The notes: a model not told the origin generated them from the letters alone. Counted from the first letter of the stretch, positions 22,601 through 37,000 are shown. The stretch is 64,000 nt of DNA from Tubulanus polymorphus (GCF_964204645.1 NC_134031.1:6820001-6884000); one strand, 5' to 3'. Program-made: numbers and translations.

Positions 22601-25600
22601 GATACAATGAAAACAATTAATATAATATAGGCCTAATGTATTTATTTATCAATATATGTACAAGATTTTTATAAATGATGATTCTGGACAATGATACTTG
22701 CCCATAATGTTTAAACGTGTTGCGTTTGATTGTATCTCACGATGTTATGTCTTAATAAATTACTTAATTATTTTTCCTTTTTTTAATTCTGGAACCACGT
22801 AAATAAAATGGCAAAATCAGAAATTCATAAAGACTATGAATTTTTGGCAAAATGTATCTATAATAGCCCAATTCATGAATTATATAAGTCCTGGAATAAG
22901 AGTTTTAAAAGGTCCTTGAAAGTCTTCAATTGAGATTGGTCATATGGACACTATGAAACCCTGAAATAGTACTCTATGTTGCGTCTCATATGTGCGTATC
23001 GATTGTACCAGGGAAATCTGGGAAGCTATACCACATGTGAAGTGTCGTGTTAACAACAGTTGGTTACTGATGGGGAACACTTTTTTATTATAACCCTGGA
23101 TAGAAAAAGGCGAAATCGAATTCTCGTCTGCAGATAGACGATATATATCCTGTCATGGTAAATAGTGGTTATTTTTTTATTTCAGAGTTAAAGTATCAAA
23201 AAGAAGTGGAAGCAATAAGATATGTTCACGTGGCATATTCGCCGGTGCTAAAGTCGTTCGTGGACCCGATTGGGACTGGGGAAATCAAGATGGTTAGTTA
23301 CCCATCGATGTTATCATTGTAATAAATAACTAATTCCTAAATAATTGAACTTTTCAAGACGCTTTGATGTATTGTCTTGATATTTGGGTTATCTATGTAT
23401 CTACCCTAGACACGTGGGCAGCCCAAAAATTGGTCCGATTGAAATCAAAGTGGCCGTTGTTCAGTTCAGCAAGTTTTAAGACCGCTTAGGACTTTGAATG
23501 TTAAAACTGTCGGACCTCTTCCACAAGTGGGCACTAGTGTCCCAGACCCCTAGTTCAAATTTTACGATCTTTATGTATCTTTGCCGTTTATATAGGTAGT
23601 AAGTATTGTTGCTTATTTTCCCCGCAGGAGGTGAAGGTCGTCTGGGCAAAGTATCCGACATACGCGGTTGGGAAGGAGAATCAGGACGCAGTGTCGCGTG
23701 CGTCTCCTGGGTCTCCGGTGTTACTAACGTTTACAGACTCGGACACAAAGGAAAAGTCGATATCAAATATATAACAGATGCGGTCGGATGCATGTATTAC
23801 CCGGATCATTTACCGGTGTTGGGTAAGTTCTTCATATTTCAGCCAACCTCGGTTACAGCTATAAGTCTCGGCGATAAATTACAGCACTACAGACCACTAT
23901 TCCAAAATCTTTTATATCCTACAGTAAAAACAAGAAATTCGAGAGCTTAATTCGTATATAAGCGCGTAAATTCTTGGGAAATCCTGCTTATGGCTCATAG
24001 GCCAGCATCTTAGCTACGCATTGAAATTGTTTTCGCCCCACATACCCAACCTCACTTTTGAAATAATCAAACCTTTAGAAAGGAGGGGTAAAGAGTTTTT
24101 GGGTACCGGTATTTCTAAAGTAGGCTTCTTATTGAAATAAACTAACACTGCTTACAAATATAGAACATGTTTATCACTTCATGAAATTATAATTCTGATT
24201 CAAGACATGATGTTACAAATATTTTACTATAGAATACTATTGTTCATTTCTTCAGGGAATTTGTGATGGAACAATTTTTTTTTTCATTGGTACTATAGGT
24301 CAGGTAGTGACGCCTTCTCGGTCCAGTATTCCTCGCAATCAGTTCAAAGTTGGTGACAACGTCCGAGTCGATCTAGAGATAGATGTATTGAAACAAATGC
24401 AGGAGGGACACGGAGGATGGAATCCTAAAATGGCAGAGGTACGAGCTCTCTGTGTTTCAAAAATTCTTGATACTTGACCCTTTCTGTGTGTCTACACCGC
24501 AGTGCAGTGCATAAATCGGTGATGGCATTTGCTAGTATCTGCATCAGAAGTAATTAGTAATTAGTTTTTATCTTTATTGAAAAATGGCAGTACCTGTCAA
24601 GCATAGTGAAAAGTAAGTAACTAATGATACACCGCACCATGGTGTAGATGCACTTAAGCTGTGTACCCATTATTCAACACACGGGTGGAAATTTTTAACA
24701 ATTTCAAATTATCTCCAGCTCTTTCGATGCTTAATTAGTCGGCATCGAAAGGGTTTAGAAATTAATTGAAGTTATGTAATTATTGATTGTATACCATTTG
24801 CATTGTTGTCAAGTATTGATTACTTGAGGTTAGGTTTCACTCATTTATCCATATCTAAGTGGAGGCAGTTCATTTGATACTGTCTGATGATGAAATCTAC
24901 CCTGAGGCCTCAAGTCCAATAGTATTGAGGAAAAAATAACCCCACTCCTAAAAAATAAGCAATAATCAGCAACATAAAATACTTAACTTACCGACTTGAC
25001 CGTGATTGGTTTTGTTATTTGCAGTATATTGGTAAAGTGGGAATAGTTCACAGAATCACCGAAAGAGGAGATATTCGTGTTCAGTATGAAGGCTGTACGA
25101 ATAGATGGACTTTTCACGCCGGAGCTCTGGAAAAGGTATAGATATATATCTCACTCGGACGCTGCACACACGTGACCGCTGATTGCCTAGTAAACGTTCG
25201 TGTCAAGATCTAAAGAGCATCGCTGAGCCTCATGATGTGTTGACTCGCCATTTTGAACGCTAAGATTCATGTGTGCCTCAATCTGTATGGATATAACCAT
25301 ATAAAAATAAGTTTTATTAAATTGAATTGTGTCGCAATTCTCATCGCTGATTGGCTACGACATTAAGATTAGTCGTAGGAAATAGTGCTTGTTCTATCCT
25401 TACGATTTGACTTACAATCAATGAAAAAGGTTCCCGATTAAAAAAATTGCAGTCTTCTGATTGGACAATCTGATCAGATCTTAGTCGACCTGAGTTGTGC
25501 TTTACTCTCCGATCAAAACTTTTCTTTTCTCACGTAAACGCGTATTTAATTTCAGGTTCAACAGTTCAACGTCGGCGACATTGTTCGCGTAATCGACGAT

Positions 25601-28600
25601 CAAAACCTGGTGAAAAAACTACAAAAAGATCACGGCGAATGGACGGACCAAATGAAAAACGTGAGCGACTATACTTAGGGAAATATTTGACCGAATGAAT
25701 GAATTTATTTTCTCAAAAACGTGAACATGAGTATAGAAATTTGTTCAATTACTACGTATTAATTGAAAATTTACATATTTGAAAATTCGCGAAGGCCGGA
25801 GCGAAACCTGATTTTCTTTGTTGTTAATCATTCTACGACAGGCATTAGGTCGATCTGGGCGAGTAATAAAGGTTTATACTGACGGTGATATTCGAGTGCA
25901 AGTCTCCGGGCATACTTGGACGTTCAATCCGTCGTGTTGTGATTTGGAACCTTTAGACATAAACAAGTCTGTATCGCACAGTAAGTACATTGTATTACGT
26001 TGTACACTTGTAATAGAACTCCCTGTACATTGGCGGCGGTAGCTGGCAGTTTTTCTTCTGACCTCAAACCTGACTTATGGAAGTTCCCTTATCAATTCGC
26101 CTTACATGACAGACCACCTGTGTGATAACTTAACCCTTTCAGTGCATCTACACCGCATTGCAGTGAATAAATCGGTGATGGACTTTGCTAGTTCATTGCA
26201 CTGCAGTGGGCTGGAATTTTTTAGACATTTTCAAATTATCTCCAGCACTTAAAGGTGTCAGTCAGCACGGAAAGGGTACAACCTCTGGCTTCATTCCAAG
26301 TTTGGGTTTCCAAGTTTGAATTGGGGATACACAAAATAAGTGCCCATATAAATCAACGCAATCAACCAAATGAACTAGAGGGAAATTCACCGCTATTTTA
26401 AGAATAAAAAGAAGACTCCGAACGCTTCTGTAACTATATTTCACCGGATGTTAATACATATCAGTGGCTGATTTTGTTCGAATTCTTCTCGATTTCAGCA
26501 TCACTCGGGGCCTTGTTTCAGAAAATCATGGACCTACAACAAAACGGTCCCGATATACTGGTCCGCGAAGCCGCACAGGGTCGAATGGAAGTTGTACAGG
26601 AAATAGTAACAAAACATCCTGATAAAGTAAGTCACTCAGTGCAATTGCTGATGTGAATAACATCTTATCGAGTGGGCTTTTGGTGTCAGTGGAAAGTTCA
26701 AGCTGAATGCAATGTGATAAGTTATTTCATGCAGGGTCCCTATGACTCCTCGTTCCCATGATAGAAACTCCCTTCTCAATGTAAAATGCTTTTAAAGAGC
26801 ATATGCCATCAAAATGATAATAATAATAATAATAAAATAGAATATTGTGTAAGATTCATTTTCATATGTGATGTATTCACAAATATGAAATATGGAACTG
26901 GTTTGAATTTTAGTTCAGCCATTACTGAGTAATATGACTTTTAAATCGGCAATTTCAGCACTTGCTCACTGTTATTGTTTATCTTAGCAGGTGCGTGTTT
27001 CTATGTGTATTTATACTAAAGTTTCTTATGGTTAAGAAATCGTGGAAATTAAAATTATGATGGCATTTGCCCTTTAAAGGTGAAAAACCCTGGTATTTGT
27101 GGAAAAATGGGAAAATTCCTTGTGTTCATCAATTTGACCCTGATGTCCATGTCATTGGTGTTATTCCGATTACTACCACTCATATTGATGGCTGACTCAA
27201 TAAATTTAAAATCCCACATATTGTTAAAAGACTGGAATTTTATTCAAAATACCATAAATTTTGAATAAGCTTTCTAGTCTATCAGCAATCTTGGGATTTT
27301 GCATTTATTGCTTCATCACAGATATTGAAATCTTGTGAGGTTTCTTGTAGCTGTCAGCATTATGTTTAAATTTGTTTTCTTAGGCTTAGTTTGAAGTGAA
27401 CTTGCCATATTTGATAAATGTTTGAATAAAATCTTTTTATTTGTCTGTGAAACCATTGTCAGAGTGATATTTATAGTTGTGAACTGTCTCTTTGTTTTAG
27501 ATTGATCAGAAAAGTTCCGGTAAAACCGCCCTCCAGGTTGCCTCTCATCAAGGCCATTATGATCTGGTGAAGATGTTACTAAAATCTGGAGCCAATCTCG
27601 AATGTCAGGATGAAGATGGAGATACCGCCTTACATTACTCAGCATTCGGGTATGTTCCGTCTAATTATTGGAAAAAAATACGTACACTTTTGGGACAAAA
27701 ACCTTCAGATTCGAAAAAAAAGTTTTGTTTTCGTGCGTACAAGTCTTGCCTGCTACAGTAGTTTCTTTGTTGCCTCTCTCCACTGAGGAATTTGGTACCC
27801 GGTGTGTAATATATTAGTCCTGCGAGTGCTTTGCTGCTCGGATGTCACTTCTCTTTAGCCAGAAATGACAGATTTGCTGTCTGGCCCTAGATGACCACTG
27901 AGCAATTGCATTATTGCTCAGGGGGTGATGATTGATGCGCAGAGATATTCAGGGTAGCCTCGGACCTGGAAAACCTGAAAAACTCGGGGAATCAGAAGCA
28001 TATAGAAAAACATCTGGAAAATCTCAGGGAAATTGTCAAATTTTGCAAAAAAAAGCCAGGAAAACTCATGGCATCTGAATATTGCTATTGACTAGACGTT
28101 TCTTTACAAATACGTGATTCATGAATAATGATGTTATAACATTTCAAACCAAGACATTTCTCCATTCACTGGCCAATTCTCTCAGAGAATTTTGTGTAAT
28201 AACATAGAAAAATCAGGGAAAACTTGGAATTTGTAAATTGGCACAATGTGACTACCTTCATATTGGCTAAGATTATTAAGGCCTTTGAGAACAGAAAAAA
28301 ATGGAAGGGCAATGGGAAAAAATCAATACTATCCTAAAATTTTGAAATGTCAGCGAGAACAGGGAAAACAGTATTGAAAAAAATTTTTCAATTATTTTTC
28401 TTAAAAAGACATTGACAAGCAGTATCTATATACCAATGTATCGGTGTAACTGACCATGTTCATTATGAATATTTGTCCTTCGATATTCATTGACTTGTTA
28501 TCATCTTTTCTGCGGTGTTATTATGATTTCAGTAATCAGCCGGATGTGATGGAATTACTGATCACAAAAGGAGCCAAAGTCGACGCGTTGAATAACGGTG

Positions 28601-31600
28601 AATGCAGCTCGTTACACGTGGCAGTCAATAAACAACACGCTAAGTGCGTTAAAGTGCTTCTCAAACACAATGCTGACGTCAATATACAGGTAATCTGATA
28701 GTTGAGATAAGATAAACATTTCAGTGCTGTCTAATTAATACCATTAAGTGCTGGAGATTTATTGATTTTCAAAAATTCCACCCCAGCGTGTTGAATAACG
28801 GGTAGGCCGCTTTAGTGGGTCTACACTACAGCGCGGTGTATCGTTAGTACTAAAATTTAGCAAGTTTGACAGGCGCTGCCATCTTTCAATAGGGATAAAA
28901 ACTAATTCGGCCTACTAATAACATCAATACACTGTGATGCGGTGTACTAGCAAAGTTCATCGCCAATTTATACACCGCACTGCAGTGTAGACGCACTGAA
29001 AGGGTTAGATAAGCTTGACTTGCGAGAAACTAAAATCTGACGGCTAAATGATACTGTGTTTGTTTGTAGGACTCGTACGGTGACACCGCGCTACACGACG
29101 CGATCTGCAAAGAGAATAAAGACATCGTCGAACAATTGATTACGTACGAAAATATTGACCTAGCGTTGACGAATAACCGCGGCTTCAATGGAGTCCACCA
29201 CGCTGCGCTTAAGGGCAATAATCAGTAAGTGAGAAGTTACCGGTAAACCTATTAAACCTCATAATTACGCCGCTCTAAAGCTTAGATTTAATTTTCACGA
29301 ACACTCAAAATTTTCAACTGATTTTCGTCCAAATTTTCAACTGATTTTCGAACCGGTTGGTAATTGCAATACAAGGGCCAGTTAGGCTAAACATAGCTGT
29401 GCAGGAGCGGATCCAGGGGAAGTCTTTGACAGGGGCACAGATATGAAAAGGGCATACGGTTAAAATGGCGAACTGATTTTCAAACTGGTAATTGCAATAC
29501 AAGGGCCAGTTAGGCTAAACATAACTTAGCAGGGGCGGATCCAGGGGAAGTCTTTGACAGGGGCACAGAGAAATGAAAAGGGCATAATGTTAAAAATGGC
29601 GAATTTCCACGTAGAGCGAGTGGCAAGCCAAAACAGGGATCTGGAAAATTTCGTAATTTCAGTGCATCTTAATGCAATTTCTAGGCATGTGGGACATATA
29701 TAAGCTGAATGTTGCGCTGCCGAATGCTGTTCTATTAGACGTGGGTGGAAAAAAATTCCCTGACAAAAAAATGGCTATCGCATTTTCAAAAGGGTACAGG
29801 AGAATTGCGATGGGAGCTTTTATGCGACTGCCCCTCGAGATCTAATTCGTTATACGTATATTGATTATATTTATGACGTAGATGAAATTCTAGTTTGTTT
29901 TGTTTATTCGTTTACAGCGCGTTGCAACTGATTTTAGCTAAAACCGATCTGTCGAACGTAAAGAAAGATGATGGATTCGCTGCGCTGCATTTAGCCGCTC
30001 TTAATGGACACAAAGACGTCGCCGAAACTTTAATAGACGTCGTACGTACAATTATCGTCTTATTGAATTCTCTGAGTTTATGTCTTTCTGAAAGTAATCA
30101 ATGTAAATGTGCTATCAGTTTCCGTGTGGTTCGCGGAATGGGCATGGTCTGGAATTGATCAGAGGACCATACCCCTTCGATATTTACCCCTGATCTTTCA
30201 GGCGTATTAGTCTTGGCACTGCGCTGCTTATATACAGGCCAGGGTGGCCTCATTGGCCTGGAAAAAAACTCGAGGAATCATGAAAATCTAGAAAAAAAAC
30301 CAGGGAAAACTTGCGGAAGTTGACAAATTTTGCACAAAAAAACCTGGAAAACTTGGGAAATTTGGATATGTTATTTTTGACCAAGCATTTCTTTATCACC
30401 ACATTATTCTAATGAATAAATTGCAACATTTTTAAGCCAAAAAATTCACGGGTCACTCAGGGAATCTTCTGTTACAACACGGAAAACTCAGGGAATTTGT
30501 AAATTGGTTGAAAGTAGCCACCCTGAAACATATGGCAAATAGATAGTATTATTATTTTTAATTCAAATACGCCTAAATATCTTTCGATTGCATTTTTAGG
30601 GTCACGCTAATATGGAGATAAAGAATAACAGACAGCAAACTCCGTTGTTATTGGCTGCATCACAGGGTCACGCTACACTTGTGGATTTACTTATCAAAAA
30701 AGGTAATGAGAAAATCGTAACTCGCGAATTCAAATACGATAGTAATAGTAATTTTGATTTCTGTAGCTTCCTTTTCACTGTGATACAATGTTCAACAGCG
30801 TTTTCCATTAAATTATTACCCGCAGCTTATAACTCTTAACCATTAAGCAGTCATCTTTCCATGGGGAGGAGTAATATCCGAGCAGCTGCTAGGTGCTCAG
30901 GAGTCATCTATCAGACCAGGTGCCCATTTACTCCTGGGTGGAGAGAGGCAATGAAGCAATGAGGATAGGTATCTTACCCAGTGCCACTACTGTACTCACG
31001 AGGTTCAAACCCATGACCTGCAATGTTCTAACCATTCACCCGCTCAAAATACAGTAGAATCCGCTTAATTCGGATCATTTTCGACTGAAAAAATTCATCG
31101 GGTTTATGGGAAATCCGGATTGAATGTAATTTTCTTCTATATTAATGAACAAATGGACTGCAAATAACGAGTCGGGATTAGACCAAAATAAACCGATCTG
31201 AATTAAGCACGTTTGAATGTAGGTCTTGGTCTACTATGGGAGAGGTTCTTATCATAGCATTAGGTTTGAATCCCTGCAAGATAGGGGGTGTGTCTAACAG
31301 GGATTCAAATCATTTCTTAATTTCTGATCGACCCAAATTTTTGAATGGTGGTAGGACCAAGGGAGAGATACTATCCACAAAAGGAATTCATCCGTCGCAC
31401 AAAACTGATCCTTCAATATTCATTTGTGTGTTTAGGTGCAAATATGTACGCTGTAGATGAAGATGGTGATACGTGTTTACATTTAGCTGTAGTGAAACTT
31501 TCAGTGCCTCCCGAAACTGACGATTTGCAAGATTTTAAAGACGTAAGTAAAAAGATGTGGAGGATTTGTAAGGGACACTAAATCAAAACAATTCAAACGA

Positions 31601-34600
31601 ATTCTGTCAATCATATTTTTAAAAAAGACATAATGCACTCAGCTGGTTGAGGGATTAAAGAAAGTCAAGTAATCTACGTACACGTTTATTGTAGTTGCGG
31701 TCAGGATTAGGATTAGCGGACGATACCCCTCCGAATATCGTCTTAGCCTGTCTTCTCGCTCAAAAAGGACTTCGGCTGACGAAGAAAAACAAACAGCACA
31801 AAACACCCCTGGATTTATTGGGAGATCATAAAATAGCGGCGATTATACAGAATTATGCCTCCGGGTGAGTGAACACTTCAAACAATCTCGATTCCGGACA
31901 CACGGGGAATTTTCAGTTATAACATGGAAAACTCAGGAAATCGTAAATGGGGTACCCGCAACGCTTCTGTAGCAATGAAGGATTCCATGTATGACAGGCG
32001 AGGTTCCGCCAGGTTCGCCAGTGGTTATTCGGTTACCGCGCTTCAATTTCTTCTACATTTCAATTGAATTCGAATCAACTTTTCTCATTAGTAAATCAAT
32101 TTACAGTAAAACTATACCATACACTCAGATTGGTAACATCAATCTTATATCTTCTTGATGGCAGCTTTTTTGACTACATTTCCATTTGGGAGCCAAAAAA
32201 TCCAGTTCAAATGTCATTGAAAGTGAACTAATTGTCAGTACGTATAACTGAGTGTACTGTTACGCCATCTGGTGTGTGCGGGTATCCCACTGGTGGAAAG
32301 AGGCCTGAAATAAAAATTTAACTGAATTCAGATTTACCTGTGATGTTGTAACACATTGAGTGCCAGGTACAAATTAACTCGTTCTGTCACTGGTGCGGGC
32401 TACGAAAGAATTCAGAAAGATTCTTCATATTCATGATAAGATATTTGCACTCTGGCACACGGGAATGACACAGTTCGTGATTGGCTGTGAACAAACTGCT
32501 TCATGCTCTATGCTCATTGGTCAATTTCGATCAAAAGCTGACTATATTATAGCTACTACTACTATATTATTGCCAACCTACGAACATTATCGTGTGGCAC
32601 TGGCTGGGGGCTGCATCATATTATCAAGCTGGCACTCGTGTTAAGATCACCATTGTGTTAATTTAGCTAAAAAAATAATTCACTGTGTATTATAGAGCGG
32701 TAGCTGAAGAGAAAGTAATTTGTATGGTTTGCTCAGACGACGAGGCTTGTATTACGTTTGACCCGTGCGGTCACACGGTCTGCTGTTATGATTGCTGCGC
32801 GAAAATGAAAAAGTGCATCAGTTGTCAAGAAGTGATCACTCGAAAAGTCGCACAAGGTACGTATTCGGTTTGCGATGAAAAACTAGACCTGCTCTGAATG
32901 GCATTACCAATTCCAGTCTGGACCCAGTTCTACAATTCTGAGTTCGATTGAAAATCGTTTTGTTCTTCCAAGGATTGAACTGTCAAGTCAATTTTACCTC
33001 AACTGCGAAGCTTGGTTCAAACTGCCTGGTATTGCTAGTGTTGCAACTGATTTAGCCTTATTGACAAACAGAAAAAAAAATGTCTATACAATTACAGAGT
33101 TTGATGAATCACCCTGTCCATTTTGTAAAGATAACATGAGATCCCAATTCTTCTAAAAACAGAAATGTCCCAAATATTTCCTTGAGCTAGTATTTGTCAT
33201 TTCGACTAAATCTCAATAGTAATCTTCAGGAATACTAATTTAACAAATTTATCTGAGATATATAGCGTATATCCCGGCCAATTTTCTAGTCTCAGATTTT
33301 TACCCCTAAATTATCATGACTTATTGAATCCAGAACAAAGAGACTAACAGAGATGAGAATTCCCCGCGGATCCGCGGTTTCCCGCGGATTTCAGTATTGA
33401 AAAATATCAATTTTCCAAATAGTCCAAAAATGATGTAAAAGTATGGGGGGGGTGATCTCACTCAATTGGTCCGGCGCGATCGGTAATCAGGTGAACCGTA
33501 AAAGCGTTCAGTGCCTGTTTTACTTATCGTCACGTAAAAGTATCGCATTTCAATGCATATTCATTGCAACACTGATTTTGTATGTACATTTGTACTACGA
33601 TGAGTTTGTATGTATTTTATCGATCGGTTGCAGACACGCACGCACAGCAACAGTAGTAACGTATATAGGTCTACTTACTGTTGCTGCGTGTGTGTGGCGA
33701 ACGCTTTCGGATATTTTACACTACTTGGTGATGATTTTTAGTGAGCATTCATCGGCACATTTTTACTGCAATAATTCAGGGCTCGACCCGTAATGCATGA
33801 GATGCTGAATGTCATCAAATGAGGATGTACCACATTGGAACTAGCCATTACCTTCCAAAATATAATAGTCGTTCATGGGTTCGAGATCGCTCTAAGTGCT
33901 CGGAAAACGTATTTAATTTCTAAAATTTTCTTGGGGGAGGGCCCCCGAACCCCCCGAAATAGCTTCGCGCCTTCGGCGCTCGCTAGTGCTGACGGCTACG
34001 CCGTCAGCTGGTTCGGGTATGTCACTCAAGAAAAATAACCCGCGGATTTTACATGTCGGCGTTCTCATCCCTGGACTAAACAAGGCCACACCACCGTGGA
34101 ACCTAATTAACTACAATCACAAACATTTTGTGACATAATTTTGTTACTACTGGTTCCATACGACTCCTTGAATCCGTAAAAACTCCTTCTGAATGGTGAA
34201 TGCCTTTAAAGGTGCTTGAAACTCCTTTGATTTTAGCAAAATCTCAGAAACTCCTATAAAACTACTTCACTTTTGAGAAATAGGCAATTAGATACGTACT
34301 TAAGAAATTTTACAGTGGACTATGCCTAATATGGTACTGTTGGAAGCAGGATCTTTTTGTTATGCTATTAGGCAGTTACTGAATTAGTAGTGTCAAGGTT
34401 TTATGGAGATAAACAGTACTGATTTAGGAGTCTACTGTAATTGGAGTATTGAAGAGATACAGAAGCTTCCTCAAAATCTGAAATTTTCTCCTTTAAAACT
34501 TCTTATCGCCAGGAATGACTGATCATTTGGTACCCTGTACTATGACGACACACTTTCTATTGCAGACGGACAGGAAGTGCATCAGATGTTGCCGTTGGAA

Positions 34601-34795
34601 ACGGATATCGCGATTATGGAGCTGAAGCGACAGGTGCAGGATTTGGAGGACACGTACAACTGTTCGATTTGTCTCGAACGCAAGAAGAACGTCGTTTTCA
34701 TGTGCGGCCACGGCGCATGTAACACGTGCGCTACTCCGCTCAATAACTGTCACATGTGCCGCGAACTAATCACATATAAAATCAACACGTTTTAG
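19634..34795 (+). CDS. MIB2: E3 ubiquitin-protein ligase mind bomb 2, 891 aa, 18 coding exons: 19634..19856,21767..21938,23186..23292,23628..23822,24299..24438,25025..25135,25556..25660,25842..25980,26499..26626,27501..27649,28533..28689,29070..29224,29918..30041,30600..30702,31436..31542,31695..31864,32696..32856,34566..34795
   Basis: All introns are GT-AG with consistent phases (2676 nt, open). Domain order: Mib-Herc2 ([12 protein letters not shown]), ZZ zinc finger ([16 protein letters not shown]), second Mib-Herc2 ([17 protein letters not shown]), two Mib repeats ([16 protein letters not shown]; [16 protein letters not shown]), ankyrin repeats ([20 protein letters not shown]) and two C-terminal RINGs. 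Two rather than three RINGs favours MIB2 over MIB1. Confidence 0.93.
20342..21453 (+). mobile_element. Helentron-associated (HINE/DINE-1/pearl-like) non-autonomous element with internal tandem repeats
   Basis: T-run start, 12-bp subterminal inverted repeats GCCCACTTGGGA/TCCCAAGTGGGC, (GTCC)n microsatellite near the 5' end, about three ~153-bp internal tandem units (20960-21380), short 3' hairpin then CTAGTT. Confidence 0.65.
22060..22340. mobile_element. piggyBac-type MITE (family TTAA-CCCTTTCAGTGC), MIB2 intron
   Basis: Terminal inverted repeats (t/c)CCTTTCAGTGC...GCACTGAAAGGG followed by TTAA; about 280 bp; similar to 8 other copies in the window. Confidence 0.8.
23353..23555 (+). mobile_element. 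Truncated copy of the HINE-like element (3' end)
   Basis: Shares tctaccctagacac, gcccaaaaa and the 3' end caagtgggca...gacccctagtt with 20342..21453. Confidence 0.6.
24478..24753. mobile_element. piggyBac-type MITE copy, opposite orientation to 22060
   Basis: CCCTTTCtGTG...GAAAGGG ends; internal sequence is the reverse complement of the 22060 copy. Confidence 0.75.
26134..26276. mobile_element. piggyBac-type MITE, internally deleted copy
   Basis: TTAA-CCCTTTCAGTGC left end, GCACGGAAAGGG right end; middle missing. Confidence 0.7.
27950..28259. mobile_element. CAGGG-ended MITE with 5-bp TSD (ATATT); related copy at 30240..30525
   Basis: atatt|CAGGGTAGcC...GaCTACCtTc|atatt; internal repeated ggaaaactcagggaa motifs shared with the 30240 copy (CAGGGTGGC...GCCACCCTG). 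Confidence 0.65.
28716..29004. mobile_element. piggyBac-type MITE copy
   Basis: Degenerate left TIR (acatttcagtgc), intact right TIR gcactgaaaggg; collinear with the 22060 copy. Confidence 0.75.
29339..29602. repeat. ~130-bp tandem duplication spanning the left end of a MITE
   Basis: aactgattttc...ggtaattgcaatacaagggccagttaggctaaacata...gcggatccaggggaagtctttgacaggggcacaga...aaaatggcg occurs twice. Confidence 0.85.
30845..31025 (-). mobile_element. tRNA-derived SINE fragment; related fragment on + at ~5290..5400
   Basis: Minus strand shows a B-box-like ggtttgaacc followed by cattgcctctctccacccaggagtaaatgggcacctgg, which also occurs at 5343-5390. Confidence 0.5.
33348..34073. mobile_element. 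Non-autonomous DNA transposon (hAT-like ends) with 6-bp TSD GACTAA
   Basis: gactaa|CAGaGATGAGAA...TTCTCATCcCTG|gactaa; subterminal CCGCGG motifs at both ends. Confidence 0.75.
34150..34537. mobile_element. CAGGGTCCC-family MITE with 5-bp TSD TACTA
   Basis: Reverse-orientation relative of 61057..61460, flanked by tacta on both sides; ends 28 nt before the last MIB2 exon. Confidence 0.65.
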
Positions 34796-35187
34796 GGAGC
34801 GGCGCGCGCGCGCAGGTGGGCGATGAAATCGGTTTCGCGAACGCGGTTATGGTGGTCTGAATTCAGATATGGTCTGTTGCCGTATTAGACTCCGCAACTC
34901 GAAACAGTCAAAGGTGCTCCCTTAATCTACGATACCGGAAATTAAACTCATGATTTCATAACTGCTCAATTGAGGTTCCCGTGACGCATCATGCCATTTA
35001 TACTGAGTTTCGAGGTGAACTTCCGTTTATATACACAATTGTTAGTCGACTAGCGATCAGAACTAATATTCGAATTCACTATAGTTACGTATTTCATGAG
35101 TATTAGTATGAGTCATCTGGAACTAGGATTGAACTAAAGTGACCACGCTCAATCGCGTGGTACGACTAGAGTTTGAAGTTACATTAA

Positions 35188-35461
35188 CCCTTTCAGTGCA
35201 TCTACTCCGCAGTGTGGTGTATAAATCAGTGCTTGACTTTGCTAGTACGCCGCATCGCAGTGTATTGATGTTTTAAGTAATTAGTTTTTATCTCTAGTGC
35301 CTGTCAAACAGTGAAATATTAGTGACTAACAATACATCGCACCTTAGTGAAGACGCACTATAGCGGTGTGCCCGTCAATCAACACCATGGAGTGGAAATT
35401 CAAAAAAAATTTCGAATTATCTCCAACGCTTTCGGGTATTAATTATTCGGCACTGAAAGGG
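35188..35461. mobile_element. piggyBac-type MITE copy downstream of the MIB2 stop
   Basis: TTAA-CCCTTTCAGTGC...GCACTGAAAGGG. Confidence 0.8.
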
Positions 35462-37000
35462 TAAAGTCGCACTTTCTCCGGAAATAGACGATAAATGGCG
35501 ATAACGATTGTTCACTCGTGTGACGTTTCACCGATATAAAAAGTAATCGTCGACGACCAATTTGTGCGTGAAGGAACAATAGGCAACCATTAATCCTTCT
35601 CTCTATTGGCAGATGAGGATTGTGAAACAGTTTTTAACGCAATGTATGAATGCCACAAATCACAGTACGGGTTCAAAATTGAAAGGCCGAGGTCGACACT
35701 ATAGCACACAATTTCGGCTTATAACTTACTTTGGCATATAATACTCCATCGCTGAATATATATTGAATATATATTTAAACAGGAATTGATGAGAACGTTC
35801 TTGCTTTTTTGTGCTATTGATGTCAATAAAAGGGGGTGGTTCGTTCTCGTGTTATTACGACCCCCCCGCCTACAATCTGTATTTCCCTGATATTCGTAAC
35901 AAGTAAACCACCTTAAATCCGACAATCACATGTATTTTCTAGCCTGCACTTTAATCGGCGTCCGTGATGTTTGGTCAGAGGTGTTGTTCGTGTGTATGAC
36001 TGTCGGAGTACACGTCGTGTGCACGATGTGAATGTTGTACCTGTCGAATGTGTTTTTGTTTGTAGTGTTCTACGGCGTATAATTCTCAGTGCGAGGTTAA
36101 GTCTTTTGAAATGCGCTGTCCTGCGGTTAGGAATAAGCATCCGCACATTGCATACCCCTGTGCATATTTTGTGTAAAATAGTTTCGGACGGATTAAAATA
36201 CGTTGTTGTTCAAACCCGATTAGTAGCTGGTATAGGGGTCTCGCGATTGATATCCATAGTTCCAATCAATGCTGGAGTACGTCATGTAAATCACTCGCCT
36301 GTTCACCGACCAATAAAGCGTAGTCAAGAAAAAAAAGCACATAGCTGAAGAACTCGATATTACATCGAGTTAAGTTCATATATATTTGTATCATAAAAGG
36401 CCTCATCAACCTATTATCAGCTCCCAGCTATATACCAACTTGATCGGCAGAGCTCGGTCGCAAAGTCATGACTTACGATGTCTTATATATACCAAGAATA
36501 GATGTCGGATCATGGTAAGCTAAGTCTTTTGAATCTTATTATTATTATTATGATTATTATTATCATTAACCGACGGAGCAACCGGGCCCTGATTTTGTTT
36601 CAAAATAAACCAGAATGTAAACAAAGAATTCATTATAGGTTTATAGCATTTATTCCGACTTGTATTATATTAATTTGTATTGTATAAAACTTTGCTTTAA
36701 GCTAAATTCCAATTGCTTCGTGCTAAACATAATATAATATATACATATTGAAAGTTATTTTGTTACGTATTCCTTAAGTGAAAGGATTGCTTGCGAATCA
36801 TGTGAATCATGTCAATTCGTTACAGTGATAGTAAGCTAAGTTGTATTTTTTGTAGAATATTTAGTATTAACGGCTGTCCGTGTATGTTTACAGTGGAACT
36901 GTCGGTAGGAAACCAGAGAATCTGATCATGTTTACTCATTTTGATCGAAGCCTGTAGTTTGTTTTCTTGATCGTTATGCAGTAGGCTCAATATTCATAAA

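Noticed and set aside
19634-34795. Calling the ligase MIB1
   Set aside because: Only two RING domains are found after the ankyrin repeats; MIB1 has three.
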